NCBI GenBank assembly: GCA_963817385.1
Contig: CAWFOM010000026.1
Coordinates: forward strand, 1-40,635
Source: an uncultured delta proteobacterium
GTDB taxonomy: Bacteria > Desulfobacterota > Syntrophia > Syntrophales > UBA5619
Length of the DNA stretch: 40,635 nt
Reading direction: 5' to 3'
A model generated the notes under the pieces. The model was given only the letters and a program-made list of their open reading frames with translations. It was not told the DNA's origin and searched no databases. Below are positions 27,932 through 37,403 of this stretch, in pieces (the stretch's first letter is position 1; each line of letters starts with the position of its first letter). A program made the position numbers and the translations under genes.

Positions 27932-28558
27932 ATGCGGCAACACATTGATGATAAGAACAACGAGCTCGGGCCTTTCGCAATCCTCATCCACCTGGGACTT
28001 CTGGCCTTCGGCCTCACCGCGTTGCTTACGGGACTTCTGGCCGGCGATTATAAAAGGATGATGCACCCGGGATTTACGGTCCATAGCTGGCTCGGCATGG
28101 GTCTCGCTGCCTTTGCCTGCCTGAGGCTGATCACAGGAATCGCAGGCCCCCGAAGTGTGCGGTTCCTGGGATGGATTCCTTTCACGATGGCGCGGATCAA
28201 ACTTGCAATAGAGGATATTGAAGGCTTGTTGAAGTTTCGTTTGCCCGACCGGGCCACGCATCAGGGTGTAGCCGGTGTGGTCGAAGCCTTCGGACTGGCC
28301 GTTTTCTTTTTCATGGCAGCGACCGGCGCCTATCTGTATTTTTCCCTGGAACCGGGACAGAAGCCGTTGGGTTTCGTACACGATGTTAAGGAGCTGCACG
28401 AAACCGGCATGGTGCTTATTCTGATGTTCCTGTCGATCCACGGCGGCGCAGTCATCATGCATGCCCTGCACGGCAACCATATCTGGAGGAAAATGGTTTT
28501 CATCTCTGATACTTCGCACGATCCAATCGTCGTCGCCGAGCCTGACGAAACTGATTAA
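27932..28558 (+). CDS. Cytochrome b/b561-type diheme membrane protein
   Basis: Four hydrophobic helices with His at IHLG, VHSWLG, ELHE, IHGG; GGAGG RBS. Confidence 0.82.
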   Translation: MRQHIDDKNNELGPFAILIHLGLLAFGLTALLTGLLAGDYKRMMHPGFTVHSWLGMGLAAFACLRLITGIAGPRSVRFLGWIPFTMARIKLAIEDIEGLLKFRLPDRATHQGVAGVVEAFGLAVFFFMAATGAYLYFSLEPGQKPLGFVHDVKELHETGMVLILMFLSIHGGAVIMHALHGNHIWRKMVFISDTSHDPIVVAEPDETD

Positions 28559-28619
28559 CAATCTCCTTTCCCTCGCCCGGCTTGATGCAGGGCTTCCTTC
28601 TCCGTTCTTATCAATTTCA

Positions 28620-31600
28620 TCAAAGTGAGACTCCGAGCACCGATTCGAGCACCCGGGCCAGATCATCTTTTCGATACGGTTTTGCCAGGCGAGCGCAAAA
28701 TCCATGATCCGCGGGACTCGACATGACAGGGTCGTTTGAATAACCGCTTGAAGCGATCGCTTTCAGTTTCGGATCGATTTTCAGCAGCTCCGACACGATC
28801 TCCCTGCCGCCCTTTCCGCCGGGGATCGTCAGGTCAAGGATCGCCGCGGAAAAACGCTCACCCGATTCTTCCGCTTGCCGAGTAAGCGCGATGGCCTCAT
28901 CGCCGTCTCGCGCGGCAGTAACCACATATCCCATGGATTGCAGCACGTGCGTTGCCACATCGAGGACGAATTCCTCATCGTCCATGACGAGTATTCTCCC
29001 TTCGCCTTTATGAACCTGCCTGATTGCTTTCTCCGACACGGCAACCTGCCCCGGGGATGCGGGAAGGTAGATGTGGAATGTCGCCCCCTTCCCCGGCGCC
29101 GATTCCACTTCTATGATGCCGTCGTGATTTTTCACGATCGAATAGCTTGTCGCCAGCCCCAGGCCGTTCCCCTGCTGCTTGGTCGTAAAGAATGGATCGA
29201 AAATACGCGGCAGGTGCTCTTTTGTGATCCCCACACCGTAATCCCTGATGGAGACGCAAACATAGGTGTTCTTCGCCAGTGGCGCCGGCGCTTCATGGGG
29301 TGCAACGTTTCTCACCGTAACTTCTATCTTGCCCCCCAGCGGCATTGCCTGGCGCGCATTGATGGCGATGTTATCAAATACCTGCGCCATCTGGTTTTCA
29401 TCAAAATCGCAGAGCCAGACATCGGGGGGGATGGTAAAGACCGGCGATATGTTGGATCCGCTTAAGGCAAACGATACGGACTTACGTACATGATCCGCAA
29501 GCGACAGGGTTTTGCGGAGCGGTAGTCCGCCTTTCGAGAAGGTGAGTAGCTGCTGGGTGAGATTTTTCGCCCGGTCAAAAACACCGATTCCTTTATAGAG
29601 GGTTTTTGCGGCGCCCCTGCCATCGCCACATTCCGCCTGTTCCCGAGCCAGCTCAAGGTATCCGAAAATCCCGCCCAGGAGATTATTGAAGTCATGAGCG
29701 ATCCCCGCCGCCAGGACGCCCACGGCTTCGAGTTTTTGTGCGTTCTGCAGAGCCTGCGCATTCTTTTCCTTCTCCGTAATGTCGCGAAATACCAGCACCA
29801 CTCCGATAATCCTGCTCTCCCGATCGCGGATGGGCGCACCGCTGTCGGCTATGATCATTTCCGTGCCATCGCGGCGGATGAGAGCCGTATGGTTTGCCAG
29901 CCCCACAATACTCCCGCTCTTCAATACCTTCTCTACGGGGTTCTCGCACTGCTCCCGCGTCAGCTCATTGATGATATGAAATACTTCGGCAAGCGGTTTT
30001 CCGAGGGCATCATCAAAAGACCAACCGGTGAGCTTCTCCGCCACCTTATTCACCAAAGTTATTCTGCCCTGCCGGTCGGTAGTGATGACGCCGTCGCCGA
30101 TACTGCGCAGGGTCACCAGGAGCCGCTCTTTTTCTTCGGCTATGGTTTTTTCCGCTTCTTTGATTGCGGTGATATCCTCAAGCATGATGAGAAAATGCTC
30201 AAACCGGCCATCCCTGCTGCGCATCGCTGAAACCTTTAGCCTACCCCAGATAATCTGCCGATCTTTCCGGACATACTTTTTATCGGTTTGATACACCGGA
30301 ATCTCTCCCGCCAACAATTTCCGGATTTGTTCCGTATCCTGAGCGATATGATCGGGATGAGTCAAGTCCTTAAACGTCAATGCAGTTAATTCGTGCGTGC
30401 TATAGCCGAAGGTTCGGCAGAACGCCTCATTGGCATTGAGAAAACGGTAGTCCGAACCACTGGTAGCCATTCCAAGCGGACTCTCATCAAATATCTTTCG
30501 GAACCGTTCCTCGCTTTCCCGCAGTGCCGCCTCGGCCAGCTTACGCTCCGTAATATCCCGGATGATTGTCTGCAGGTGCTTATTTCCGTCGATCGCAAAG
30601 AAACGCGCACTCACTTCTACGGGGAATGTGGTGCCGTCTTTCCTGACATGCCTCGTTTCATAAACCATTCCCTCCCCTTCGACTACTTCCTCAAACAATT
30701 CCGGTAAATCCGATTGCTTGTCGGGCATACGGAAATCCCGAATATGCATCTGGAGCAGTTCTTCCCGGGGGTATCCGTATTTGACGCAGGCTTGATCGTT
30801 CACTTCCACGACCTTTCCCATGCCGTCAAAAAGAATGATGATGTCGTTGGCATATTTCACCAGATAATCAAAATGCTTGAGCAAGGCCTGACGTTCAACC
30901 TCGGCGCGATAGAGCTGGCGATAATGGCGGGAACGATTATGACGCCACCCGAGGCCGAGTACGGCTCCGGAAGCAACGATGATGAGGATAACAATGGATA
31001 TGATCGTCCACTGGTCGTATTGGAGGGAACGATAAATCTCCTGCTGATCGACTTTCGTGACAAGAGCCCAGGCGGTCTTCGGCACCTTTCTCGTAACCGC
31101 CAGAACGGGGACACCCCGGTAATCAATCCCCTCCATGACCCGCTCGATCCCCTGCGCGGCCAGGCTTGCGGGCAGTTCTGCGCGTGTCAGCGGAAATCGC
31201 AATTTCAGGGCCGTATCTTTCTGGTGACGAAGTTCATTGAGAAATACTACCTCGCCGTCTGTCTGCCGCACCAGCAGGGTCTCGGCGGTACGGCTCGGGG
31301 TCGGCCATGACTGGATCAGGGGATAGAGCACCCGGTACGGATCGATCCGGAAGAACAAAGCGCCTATTGTCGGATGATCTTTCTCCTCCCAGAGGATCAA
31401 CGGGATGATAAAACCGATCGTTACTTTTTTCGTCACATCGGAAATATGCAGATCCGACATGCCATAGTGCTGCCGTTGCATCACCTCATGAATTCGTTCG
31501 TACCCTTTTTCCCCTATGGTCTCGCCGCCGGGACCGTACATGTACCGTACCGTTCCCCGGGTATCATAAATGGTGGCGCTTGCATAACCGTTATGAATGC

Positions 31601-31916
31601 ACACTGAGTCGATCCAGCGGGTCAGTTCCCTCTCCTGTGTCTTCCGTTCGATATAATTCTTTACCAACCGGGCAATAGCGCTGTTTTCCTGGATCATGAC
31701 GGCATCGCCCTCGCGTTCATCGAGCCAGCGGACAATCTGTCCCACTTTCAGATCCGCAATGGCAGCAAGATTCTGCTCCTGGTTCATCCTGATTGATGTT
31801 ACTTCGTTCTTATAGTGATGGTAAGCGACGGAGATGATGCCGATTGTAAAAATAATAAATACGATGACCGGTATTCGGGGAAATGTCCTAGTCGATTGAT
31901 TCATACTGGATTTCAT
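28620..31916 (-). CDS. Hybrid sensor histidine kinase (2 TM, periplasmic sensor, 3 PAS, HisKA, HATPase, REC)
   Basis: RDITERK/EDIT/RDITE PAS ends, AHDFNN H-box, FDPFFTTK, GLGLA, VMDDE..ILDLTIPG..KPY; GGAG before ATG 31916. Confidence 0.95.
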   Translation of the reverse strand: MKSSMNQSTRTFPRIPVIVFIIFTIGIISVAYHHYKNEVTSIRMNQEQNLAAIADLKVGQIVRWLDEREGDAVMIQENSAIARLVKNYIERKTQERELTRWIDSVCIHNGYASATIYDTRGTVRYMYGPGGETIGEKGYERIHEVMQRQHYGMSDLHISDVTKKVTIGFIIPLILWEEKDHPTIGALFFRIDPYRVLYPLIQSWPTPSRTAETLLVRQTDGEVVFLNELRHQKDTALKLRFPLTRAELPASLAAQGIERVMEGIDYRGVPVLAVTRKVPKTAWALVTKVDQQEIYRSLQYDQWTIISIVILIIVASGAVLGLGWRHNRSRHYRQLYRAEVERQALLKHFDYLVKYANDIIILFDGMGKVVEVNDQACVKYGYPREELLQMHIRDFRMPDKQSDLPELFEEVVEGEGMVYETRHVRKDGTTFPVEVSARFFAIDGNKHLQTIIRDITERKLAEAALRESEERFRKIFDESPLGMATSGSDYRFLNANEAFCRTFGYSTHELTALTFKDLTHPDHIAQDTEQIRKLLAGEIPVYQTDKKYVRKDRQIIWGRLKVSAMRSRDGRFEHFLIMLEDITAIKEAEKTIAEEKERLLVTLRSIGDGVITTDRQGRITLVNKVAEKLTGWSFDDALGKPLAEVFHIINELTREQCENPVEKVLKSGSIVGLANHTALIRRDGTEMIIADSGAPIRDRESRIIGVVLVFRDITEKEKNAQALQNAQKLEAVGVLAAGIAHDFNNLLGGIFGYLELAREQAECGDGRGAAKTLYKGIGVFDRAKNLTQQLLTFSKGGLPLRKTLSLADHVRKSVSFALSGSNISPVFTIPPDVWLCDFDENQMAQVFDNIAINARQAMPLGGKIEVTVRNVAPHEAPAPLAKNTYVCVSIRDYGVGITKEHLPRIFDPFFTTKQQGNGLGLATSYSIVKNHDGIIEVESAPGKGATFHIYLPASPGQVAVSEKAIRQVHKGEGRILVMDDEEFVLDVATHVLQSMGYVVTAARDGDEAIALTRQAEESGERFSAAILDLTIPGGKGGREIVSELLKIDPKLKAIASSGYSNDPVMSSPADHGFCARLAKPYRKDDLARVLESVLGVSL

Positions 31917-32044
31917 TGACCGAATCTCCACAGAAAAAACCTGATCCTTCTGCAAAAAAAGGCACTCCGTCAGGCTATCTTTCCCGCGGAAACACGCAAG
32001 AAAAATGTCTCCGGATTGATAAGAACTTGCTTTTGCGCAAGGTG

Positions 32045-32073
32045 AGGTTACGGAAAGGAGTCTTGTGTGTCAA
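32045..32073 (-). promoter_or_regulatory. Putative sigma70 promoter of kinase gene
   Basis: TTGACA-17 nt-TAACCT. Confidence 0.6.
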
Positions 32074-32104
32074 GGGGAATTTCGAGAAATGGCTGAGGAT
32101 CGCA

Positions 32105-32167
32105 AGCCGCTCGCCGGGAGGCGGATCCGCTGAAATACGGGATCTGCCTCCTCGGGGCGAGGCGGCT
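32105..32167 (-). terminator. Long GC-rich hairpin downstream of 4Fe-4S gene
   Basis: GCCGC-TCGCC-GGGAGGCGGATCC ... GGATCTGCCTCCT-..GGCGA-GGCGGC; no clear U-tract. Confidence 0.4.
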
Positions 32168-32174
32168 GCCGTCT

Positions 32175-32957
32175 TTATTGCAGAAGCTCTCCCCGGGTGG
32201 AGATCGTCACAACCTTCAGCGGGATGTTCTTCCCCGCCTGGGCCATCGCCTTCTTGACGATGACCGGCATCCCCTGGCAGCAGGGGACCTCCATCACCGC
32301 GACCGTGACGCTCTTGATATCCGCCTGCGAGAAGATGGCGGCGAATTTGTTGATATAGGCCTCCGCGTCGTCGAACTTGGGGCAGCCCATGAGGACCGTC
32401 TTCCCCCGCAGCAGGTCGTCGTGGAACCGGTGATAGGCGGCGGGCGTGCAGTCCGCGGCGACGAGCAGGTCCGCCCCGCGCAGGAAGGGCGCCGTCGGCG
32501 GAACGAGGTGGATCTGGATCGGCCAATGGGTCAGGGCCGAAACGCCCGAGCCGGGACGCGAAACCGGGGTGTTGGCCCTTTCACAGGCGGTCTGCGGCGC
32601 GAAGGTCTGGATCACCGAGGAGGGGCAGCCGCAGGGTAGTCCCTTGTCGGCGTGGGCGGCCGGTTTCGGCGCTGTCGCGTGGGCGTGACCCGCATGCGCG
32701 CCTGTGTGGCCGGTGGCGCGGACATGCTCCTTCGCAGCCTCCTCATCGAAGGCCTCCACCTCCGCATCCACGACATGGAGCGCCCCCTGCGGGCATTCGC
32801 CGAGGCAGGCCCCGAGGCCGTCGCAGTACTTCTCCGCAACGAGCCGCGCCTTGCCGTCGATCACCCGGATGGCGCCCTCGGCACACGAGGGGACGCAGAT
32901 CCCGCAGCCATCGCACTTGTCTTCATCGATTTTTATGATCTTCCTGGTGCTTTTCAT
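32175..32957 (-). CDS. 2x[4Fe-4S] dicluster protein of the type found in hcp clusters
   Basis: CDGCGICVPSC, CDGLGACLGECP, CGCP, HWPIQ, AADC, GCPKFD, MEVPCC. Confidence 0.88.
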   Translation of the reverse strand: MKSTRKIIKIDEDKCDGCGICVPSCAEGAIRVIDGKARLVAEKYCDGLGACLGECPQGALHVVDAEVEAFDEEAAKEHVRATGHTGAHAGHAHATAPKPAAHADKGLPCGCPSSVIQTFAPQTACERANTPVSRPGSGVSALTHWPIQIHLVPPTAPFLRGADLLVAADCTPAAYHRFHDDLLRGKTVLMGCPKFDDAEAYINKFAAIFSQADIKSVTVAVMEVPCCQGMPVIVKKAMAQAGKNIPLKVVTISTRGELLQ

Positions 32958-33058
32958 ATCAGCCTCCTTTTTTTTCGGCCTTGTTTGGTACCGCCGCCGC
33001 CGTTCAGCGGCTCCGTCATTGTTTACGACTCCCTTATCTCACGGCATGATAAAAAGTG

Positions 33059-33076
33059 CTTTGACATAAGTCAAAG
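33059..33076. promoter_or_regulatory. FNR/HcpR-type operator palindrome
   Basis: CTTTGAC-ATAA-GTCAAAG between divergent 4Fe-4S and Crp/Fnr genes. Confidence 0.8.
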
Positions 33077-33109
33077 AAATGTGTAGTTTATTCGCGCTCA
33101 GGAGGCTAA

Positions 33110-33796
33110 ATGATCGATGTGGTGAAACAGCTTGCCGGCATCCCCCTTTTTGCCGGCCTTTCGAAGGCGCAGTATGAGGCGCTGGCCCGGATCGGCGTGC
33201 GGCGTTCATGTCGGAAGGGGGAGCGGATCTTCTCCGAAGGCGACGACGGGACGGGGTTTTATGTGATCGTCGCGGGCCGCGTGAAGATCTTCAAGGTCTC
33301 CGCCGACGGGAAGGAGCAGATCCTCCACCTCTTCGGTCCCGGGGAGTCCTTCGGGGAGGTCTCTGTCTTCACGGGCCAGGGGTTCCCGGCCGACGCGGTG
33401 ACGGCCGCCCAGACGACGCTCCTCTTCTTTCCGCGGATGGCCTTCAGCGCCCTCATCCAGAGGGACCCGGCGCTCGCACTCAACATGCTGGCCCAGCTCT
33501 CCCGGCGCTTGATGCAGTTCGCCGGCCTCATCGAGGACCTCTCGCTCAAGGAGGTGCCGGGGAGGCTCGCCAAATACCTGCTCTTTCTGAGCGACAAGGA
33601 TGGAGAAGGCGGGGTGGAACTGGATGTCTCCAAGGGGCAGCTTGCGTCGCTTCTGGGGACGATCCCCGAGACCCTCTCCCGGATCCTCGCGAAGATGAAC
33701 CGCCGGGGGCTGATCCGCTCCCGGGGGGCGCAGATACGGATCATCGACCGCCGGGGCCTGGAAGAGATCGCCCTGGAGGGAAAGAAGCTACCGTGA
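33110..33796 (+). CDS. Crp/Fnr family regulator (HcpR-like)
   Basis: IPLFAGL, GRVKIFK..GKEQIL, FGE, HTH LGTIPETLSR; no FNR Cys cluster. Confidence 0.92.
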   Translation: MIDVVKQLAGIPLFAGLSKAQYEALARIGVRRSCRKGERIFSEGDDGTGFYVIVAGRVKIFKVSADGKEQILHLFGPGESFGEVSVFTGQGFPADAVTAAQTTLLFFPRMAFSALIQRDPALALNMLAQLSRRLMQFAGLIEDLSLKEVPGRLAKYLLFLSDKDGEGGVELDVSKGQLASLLGTIPETLSRILAKMNRRGLIRSRGAQIRIIDRRGLEEIALEGKKLP

Positions 33797-33837
33797 ATCA
33801 TGAATAACTACCCTGAATGAACCTGAGGTGAGGCGCG

Positions 33838-34506
33838 ATGGATATTATCGATTTGAAAAGCAGGGAGATTTTCGGACAGGAGGGGCGGGGCGTTGCGGCG
33901 CTCGTGGAGGAGCCGTATCTGAAGATCCGGCAGATCGGTCTGGAGCCGGGGAAAAAGGTCCCGGTCCACACGGCGGATGCGCCGGTGACCATCCAGGTCG
34001 TCCGCGGCGAGGGGGTGTTCATCGAGGGTGACCAGAGCGTCCGGATGGGGCCGGGGAAGCTGCTCCGCATCCCCCAGGGCGCGTCGATGGGGATTGCGAA
34101 CGACTCGGAGGAGTCCCTTGTTTTTCTGGTCTTCAAGACGTCCCAGCCGGAGGAGGCCGCCCGGGAAGCGGCATTAAGCGACAAACCGGAAACCTTTGTC
34201 AATCTCGTCGATTTCGCACCGGTCAAGCCGGGGAAACAGGAGGCGTTTTTGGAGTGGTTCCGCCGTTCCAGCGAAATCTTCGCACGGCATCCGGGGTTCA
34301 TCTCCCGGACGCTCCTCGGACCGATCGAGGGGGGCAACCGTTATGCGGCGGTCGTCGAACATGAATCGAAGGGGTCCTTCATGGACATGCACCTGAGCGA
34401 TGACCGCGTGCAGCTCTTCCAGGAGGTGGAGCCTCTGGTCCTCGGCGAGTCGACGCCCCATTTCTACGAACTGCTCATCTCGTACCGGAAAGGGAGAACG
34501 ACATGA
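33838..34506 (+). CDS. Cupin plus antibiotic-biosynthesis-monooxygenase (ABM) fusion protein
   Basis: LEPGKKVPVH..VVRGEG..IPQG cupin; VKPGKQEAF..HPGFISRTL ABM domain. Confidence 0.78.
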   Translation: MDIIDLKSREIFGQEGRGVAALVEEPYLKIRQIGLEPGKKVPVHTADAPVTIQVVRGEGVFIEGDQSVRMGPGKLLRIPQGASMGIANDSEESLVFLVFKTSQPEEAAREAALSDKPETFVNLVDFAPVKPGKQEAFLEWFRRSSEIFARHPGFISRTLLGPIEGGNRYAAVVEHESKGSFMDMHLSDDRVQLFQEVEPLVLGESTPHFYELLISYRKGRTT

Positions 34507-35051
34507 AGCCGATCGGACCTTTGATGTGGGAACACCGGCTCATCGAGAAGATGCTGGAGATCGCCGGCCGCGAGGTGGAGAAGATCCGGGAGCGTGGAAC
34601 GGTCGATCCCGTCTTCATCGATACGACGGTCGATTTCGTCCGGACCTACGCTGACCGGACGCACCACGGCAAGGAGGAGGACATCCTCTTTCGGGATCTC
34701 GCGAAAAAGAAGATGAGCCCCGAACATGCGCGGATTGTCGATGAGCTCATCGAGGAGCATAAATACGGACGCGCAACGGTCAAGCGGCTTGTCGAGGCCA
34801 AGAACCGTTATCTGCAGGGGGAAGAGACGCTCCCCGAGATCGTCGAGTGCCTAAAGGCGCTCGTCTCTTTTTACCCGCGCCACATCGAGAAGGAGGACAA
34901 GCACTTTTTCTTTCCTATTCTGGACTATTTCAGCGCCGAGGAACAGGAGAGGATGTTGGAGGAATTCCGGGAGTTTGATCGGGAGATGATCCACGAGAAA
35001 TACCGGAAGGTAGTGGAGATGGCATCGGTTTCCGATAGGGAGATTCAATGA
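34503..35051 (+). CDS. Hemerythrin (HHE) domain protein
   Basis: LMWEHRLI, HHGKEEDILF, EEH, HIEKEDKHFF. Confidence 0.92.
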   Translation: MKPIGPLMWEHRLIEKMLEIAGREVEKIRERGTVDPVFIDTTVDFVRTYADRTHHGKEEDILFRDLAKKKMSPEHARIVDELIEEHKYGRATVKRLVEAKNRYLQGEETLPEIVECLKALVSFYPRHIEKEDKHFFFPILDYFSAEEQERMLEEFREFDREMIHEKYRKVVEMASVSDREIQ

Positions 35052-37252
35052 ACGCAGCGGAGTTGATTCGGAAGGCCAAAGCGGAAGGCCGGACCGCCCT
35101 GACCGAGGCGGAGTCCAAAGAGGTGCTGAAGGGGTACGGTGTGCCGGTTGTGGCGGAGTCCGTGGCGGCGACGCCGGAGGATGCGATCGCCTCCGCACGG
35201 AAGATCGGGTTTCCCGTCGTCCTCAAGGGTCTCGGCGCGAAGCTGACCCACAAGACGGAACGCGGCCTCGTCCACCTGAACCTGAAGGGGCCGGAGGAGG
35301 TGCTCAGCGCGGCACAGCAGGTGGCCGGATCCGCCGGGGCGGATCTCGAAGGATACCTGATCCAGCCGATGCTCTCCGGCCGCCGGGAATTCGTCGCCGG
35401 CCTCTTCCATGACGCCCAGTTCGGCCCGGTCGTCATGTTCGGTCTCGGCGGCATCTTCACGGAGGCCCTCGATGACGTCGTCTTCAGGATCGCCCCCTTC
35501 GACGAGAACCATGCCGGGCAGATGATCGACGAGCTGCGTGCGGCAAAACTCCTCGGTCCGTTCCGCGGCGAAGCGGCGGCGTCCCGTGAAGCGCTCATCC
35601 GGACACTGGTCGGCCTCTCCCGTATCGGACTGGAGCTTCCGGAGGTGACGGAAGCGGACATCAACCCGCTCCTCGTCGGTCCGGACGGCCGGGTGACGGC
35701 CGTAGATGCCCTGATCATCCTGGGCGAACGGCAGAAGGCAAAGGCCATGCTTCCGCCGATAGACCCCATGGCGATCGCGAAGCTCTTCTATCCCCGTTCC
35801 ATCGCCTTCGTCGGCGCTTCCGCGAAACTTGGCAAGTGGGGATACCGGCTATTCTGCAATGTGGTTGCGGGCGGATACAAAGGACCGATCTATCTTGTCA
35901 ACGCCAAAGGCGGCCAGATCGCCGGCCGGCCGGCCTTCAAGACGGTGACGGAGATCCCGGGGCCGGTGGATCTGGCCGTAGTGACCATTCCGGCGGCGAA
36001 GGTCCTGGACCTGATCCCCCAGTTCCGGGAAAAGAGGATCAGGAGCATGCTCTTGATCACCTCCGGATTCGCCGAGACCGGCGCCGAGGGGAGGCGCCTG
36101 GAGGAGGAATTGGTCCGGGCGGCGCGGGAGGCGGAGATCCTGATTCTCGGCCCCAACACCATGGGAATCTGCAACCCCCACGAAAGCCTTTTCTGCTGCG
36201 GATCGAACGTCCGCCCCCGCCCCGGCAACACGACCATCGTCTCCCAGTCGGGCAATCTCGGGGTGCAGCTCCTGGATTTTGCCGAACACGAAGGGGTCGG
36301 CATCCGCGCCTTCAGCGGGTCCGGAAACGAGGCGATGATCACGATCGAGGATTACATGGAGGCGTTCGAGGTCGATGAGCTGACGCAGACGGTGGTGCTC
36401 TACCTGGAAAGCGTCAAGAACGGCCGCCGTTTCTTCGACGCCGCACGGCGCGTGGGCAAAAAGAAGCCGGTCGTCATGCTCAAGGGGGGCCGCACCCGGG
36501 CGGGAAACCGGGCCGCCGCGAGCCACACAGGGGCGCTTGCGTCGAACATCCGGGTCTTTGAGGCCGCGGCCCGCCAGGCGGGGATCGTGGTCGTGGAGCA
36601 GCCGATGCAGCTCCTCGACCTGTCGGCCGCCTTCTCTTCCCTCCCCCTCCCCCGCGGCAACCGGGTCGCGGTGATGACCCTGGGCGGCGGCTGGGGGGTC
36701 GTCGCTTCCGACCTCTGCGTGGAGAACGGCCTGATGATCCCCGATCTCTCTGATACGCTGATCGCGCGGATCGATCGGATCCTCCCCCCTTACTGGAGCC
36801 GCTCGAACCCCATCGATCTGGTCGGCGAATTCGGTCCCGAGATCCCGATACAGGTGATTGAGGCGCTCATCGAGTGGGACGGGTGCGACGCGGTGATCCA
36901 TCTGGGAATCTTGGGACTCCAGGTGTTTATCAAGCAGATGATCGCTTCCATCCGTGAGATGGATCCGACGATGGACCGGAAAATCCTGGAGACGATCCCC
37001 GGGGCGCTCGCCGAATTCGAAAAGAATTACCTGGAGCATGTGGCCCGCCTCATGGAGAAGCACGGCAAGCCGGTCCTCGGGGTCAACCTGCTGCCCGATG
37101 ATAATGCCCGCACCGTCATGGACATCGAGGGGAGCCCTTACAAAGCGGTCTCCTTCCTGACCCCGGAGCGGGCGGTCAAGGCACTGGCCAGGATGTACAC
37201 CTACCGGCAGTGGCTCGACCGTGAAGGGCGCCCCCCGAAGCACCCCGCCTGA
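35048..37252 (+). CDS. ADP-forming acetate/acyl-CoA ligase, beta-alpha fusion
   Basis: N-terminal ATP-grasp (GFPVVLK, HKTE, FGLGG, DINPL) then CoA-binding part (PRSIAFVGAS, GPNTMG, SQSG, ASHTGALA phospho-His, NPIDL). Confidence 0.92.
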   Translation: MNAAELIRKAKAEGRTALTEAESKEVLKGYGVPVVAESVAATPEDAIASARKIGFPVVLKGLGAKLTHKTERGLVHLNLKGPEEVLSAAQQVAGSAGADLEGYLIQPMLSGRREFVAGLFHDAQFGPVVMFGLGGIFTEALDDVVFRIAPFDENHAGQMIDELRAAKLLGPFRGEAAASREALIRTLVGLSRIGLELPEVTEADINPLLVGPDGRVTAVDALIILGERQKAKAMLPPIDPMAIAKLFYPRSIAFVGASAKLGKWGYRLFCNVVAGGYKGPIYLVNAKGGQIAGRPAFKTVTEIPGPVDLAVVTIPAAKVLDLIPQFREKRIRSMLLITSGFAETGAEGRRLEEELVRAAREAEILILGPNTMGICNPHESLFCCGSNVRPRPGNTTIVSQSGNLGVQLLDFAEHEGVGIRAFSGSGNEAMITIEDYMEAFEVDELTQTVVLYLESVKNGRRFFDAARRVGKKKPVVMLKGGRTRAGNRAAASHTGALASNIRVFEAAARQAGIVVVEQPMQLLDLSAAFSSLPLPRGNRVAVMTLGGGWGVVASDLCVENGLMIPDLSDTLIARIDRILPPYWSRSNPIDLVGEFGPEIPIQVIEALIEWDGCDAVIHLGILGLQVFIKQMIASIREMDPTMDRKILETIPGALAEFEKNYLEHVARLMEKHGKPVLGVNLLPDDNARTVMDIEGSPYKAVSFLTPERAVKALARMYTYRQWLDREGRPPKHPA

Positions 37253-37403
37253 TGCATGAAGATGCCCGGGACGGTCGGGGGATCGTAGGGCTCGTGTGGG
37301 GCGCGGATCGATAGGCTGCCATGGTTCTTCTGCCGCAACCGGAACAAGTCCCGGCAGGGATTGGGGGGGCAACCCCGTCGGGACTCGAGGGAGGATTCTC
37401 TCG

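Noticed and set aside
31917..32044. Riboswitch in the ~120-nt kinase leader
   Set aside because: No c-di-GMP, TPP, cobalamin or other consensus recognised
35849..37372. Long antisense ORFs (507 aa here; also 27503-28705, 38-1018, 38339-39382)
   Set aside because: Shadow frames of well-supported genes in GC-rich DNA, without motifs or RBS
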